Positions 63,480-64,000 of a stretch of DNA of 64,000 bases are shown in pieces. Under the pieces are notes generated by a model. The model did not search any database. It saw only the letters and a program-made list of their open reading frames with translations, and was not told the DNA's origin. The stretch lies in assembly GCF_018350175.1 (NCBI RefSeq), contig NC_058370.1, positions 92,814,001-92,878,000 of the forward strand. The letters run 5' to 3'. The stretch's first letter is position 1, and each line of letters begins with the position of its first letter. The stretch is from Felis catus. Taxonomy: Eukaryota. The translations under genes and the position numbers were made by a program.

Positions 63480-64000
63480 GTTCATAATTTTTGAAACCTC
63501 ACAAAAAAGTAGAGAAAATTTCACAAGTGAACTCCAATGTGCCTGTTGCTCAGTTTCAACAAGTATCCAGATTTTTGCCTCATTTGTTCCATCTATCATT
63601 TTTTAAAATATTTATTTATTTATTTATTTACTTTTGAAAGAGAGAGATAGGGCATGAGCAGGGGAGGGGCAGAGAGAAAGGGAGACACAGACTCCAAAGC
63701 AGACTCCAGGCTCTGAGCTGTCAGCACAGAACCAGACATGGGGCTTGAACTCTCAAACTGTGAGATCATGACCTGAGCTGAAGTCAGACACTTAACCAAC
63801 TGAGCCACCCAGGCACCTCATCTATTATTTGTTTTTATTTTTGTTTTTTCTTTTTGCTAAAATATGACAAAGTTACTTCCAGGTCTCATGTCATTTCATG
63901 GGCAAATTGCACCCGTATTCGTCTTTTTCAAAAATATGGACATATTTTACATAAGTCCATTTTTACATCTAACACAAAATTGCAATTATTTTTGTATCAT
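63480..64000 (-). mobile_element. Old L1 3' end split by a SINE
   Basis: ataatttttgaaacctcacaaaaaagtag...ttttacataagtccat. Confidence 0.6.
63601..63818 (-). mobile_element. SINEC_Fc inside an old L1 3' end
   Basis: Full body; TSD catctat(c/t)atttt. Confidence 0.92.

Noticed and set aside
53387-63808. Recurring MAQ(L/S)V..AQVMIS.. ORFs as a gene family
   Set aside because: They are translations of SINEC_Fc bodies.
1-64000. CRISPR arrays, rRNA, bona fide tRNA genes, CpG-island promoter
   Set aside because: None seen. The tRNA-like A/B boxes are SINE heads.

Overview
AT-rich mammalian genomic DNA from a cat-family (feliform) carnivore, judged from about 26 tRNA-derived CanSINE/SINEC_Fc copies, two of them young and near-consensus. 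I found no intact protein-coding gene that I can name. Most of the window is interspersed repeat: SINEC, L1, L2, MIR, CR1/L3, MaLR/ERVL/Gypsy LTRs and hAT DNA transposons. It also holds a full-length 7SK retrocopy, microsatellites and seven short N gaps. Nearly all ORF-track entries are repeat- or gap-derived. The main non-repeat signal is a chain of minus-strand exon-like segments from about 58.5 kb down to about 8.0 kb. They have AG/GT boundaries and mostly compatible phases, and their conceptual translations repeatedly resemble RGS domains of the RGS22/RGSL1 type. They carry stops, frameshifts, two exonic SINE insertions and an L1 insertion. I interpret this as the relic of a dead, intron-containing multi-RGS-domain gene (unitary pseudogene). 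This rests on manual translation and recalled sequences, not on a database search.
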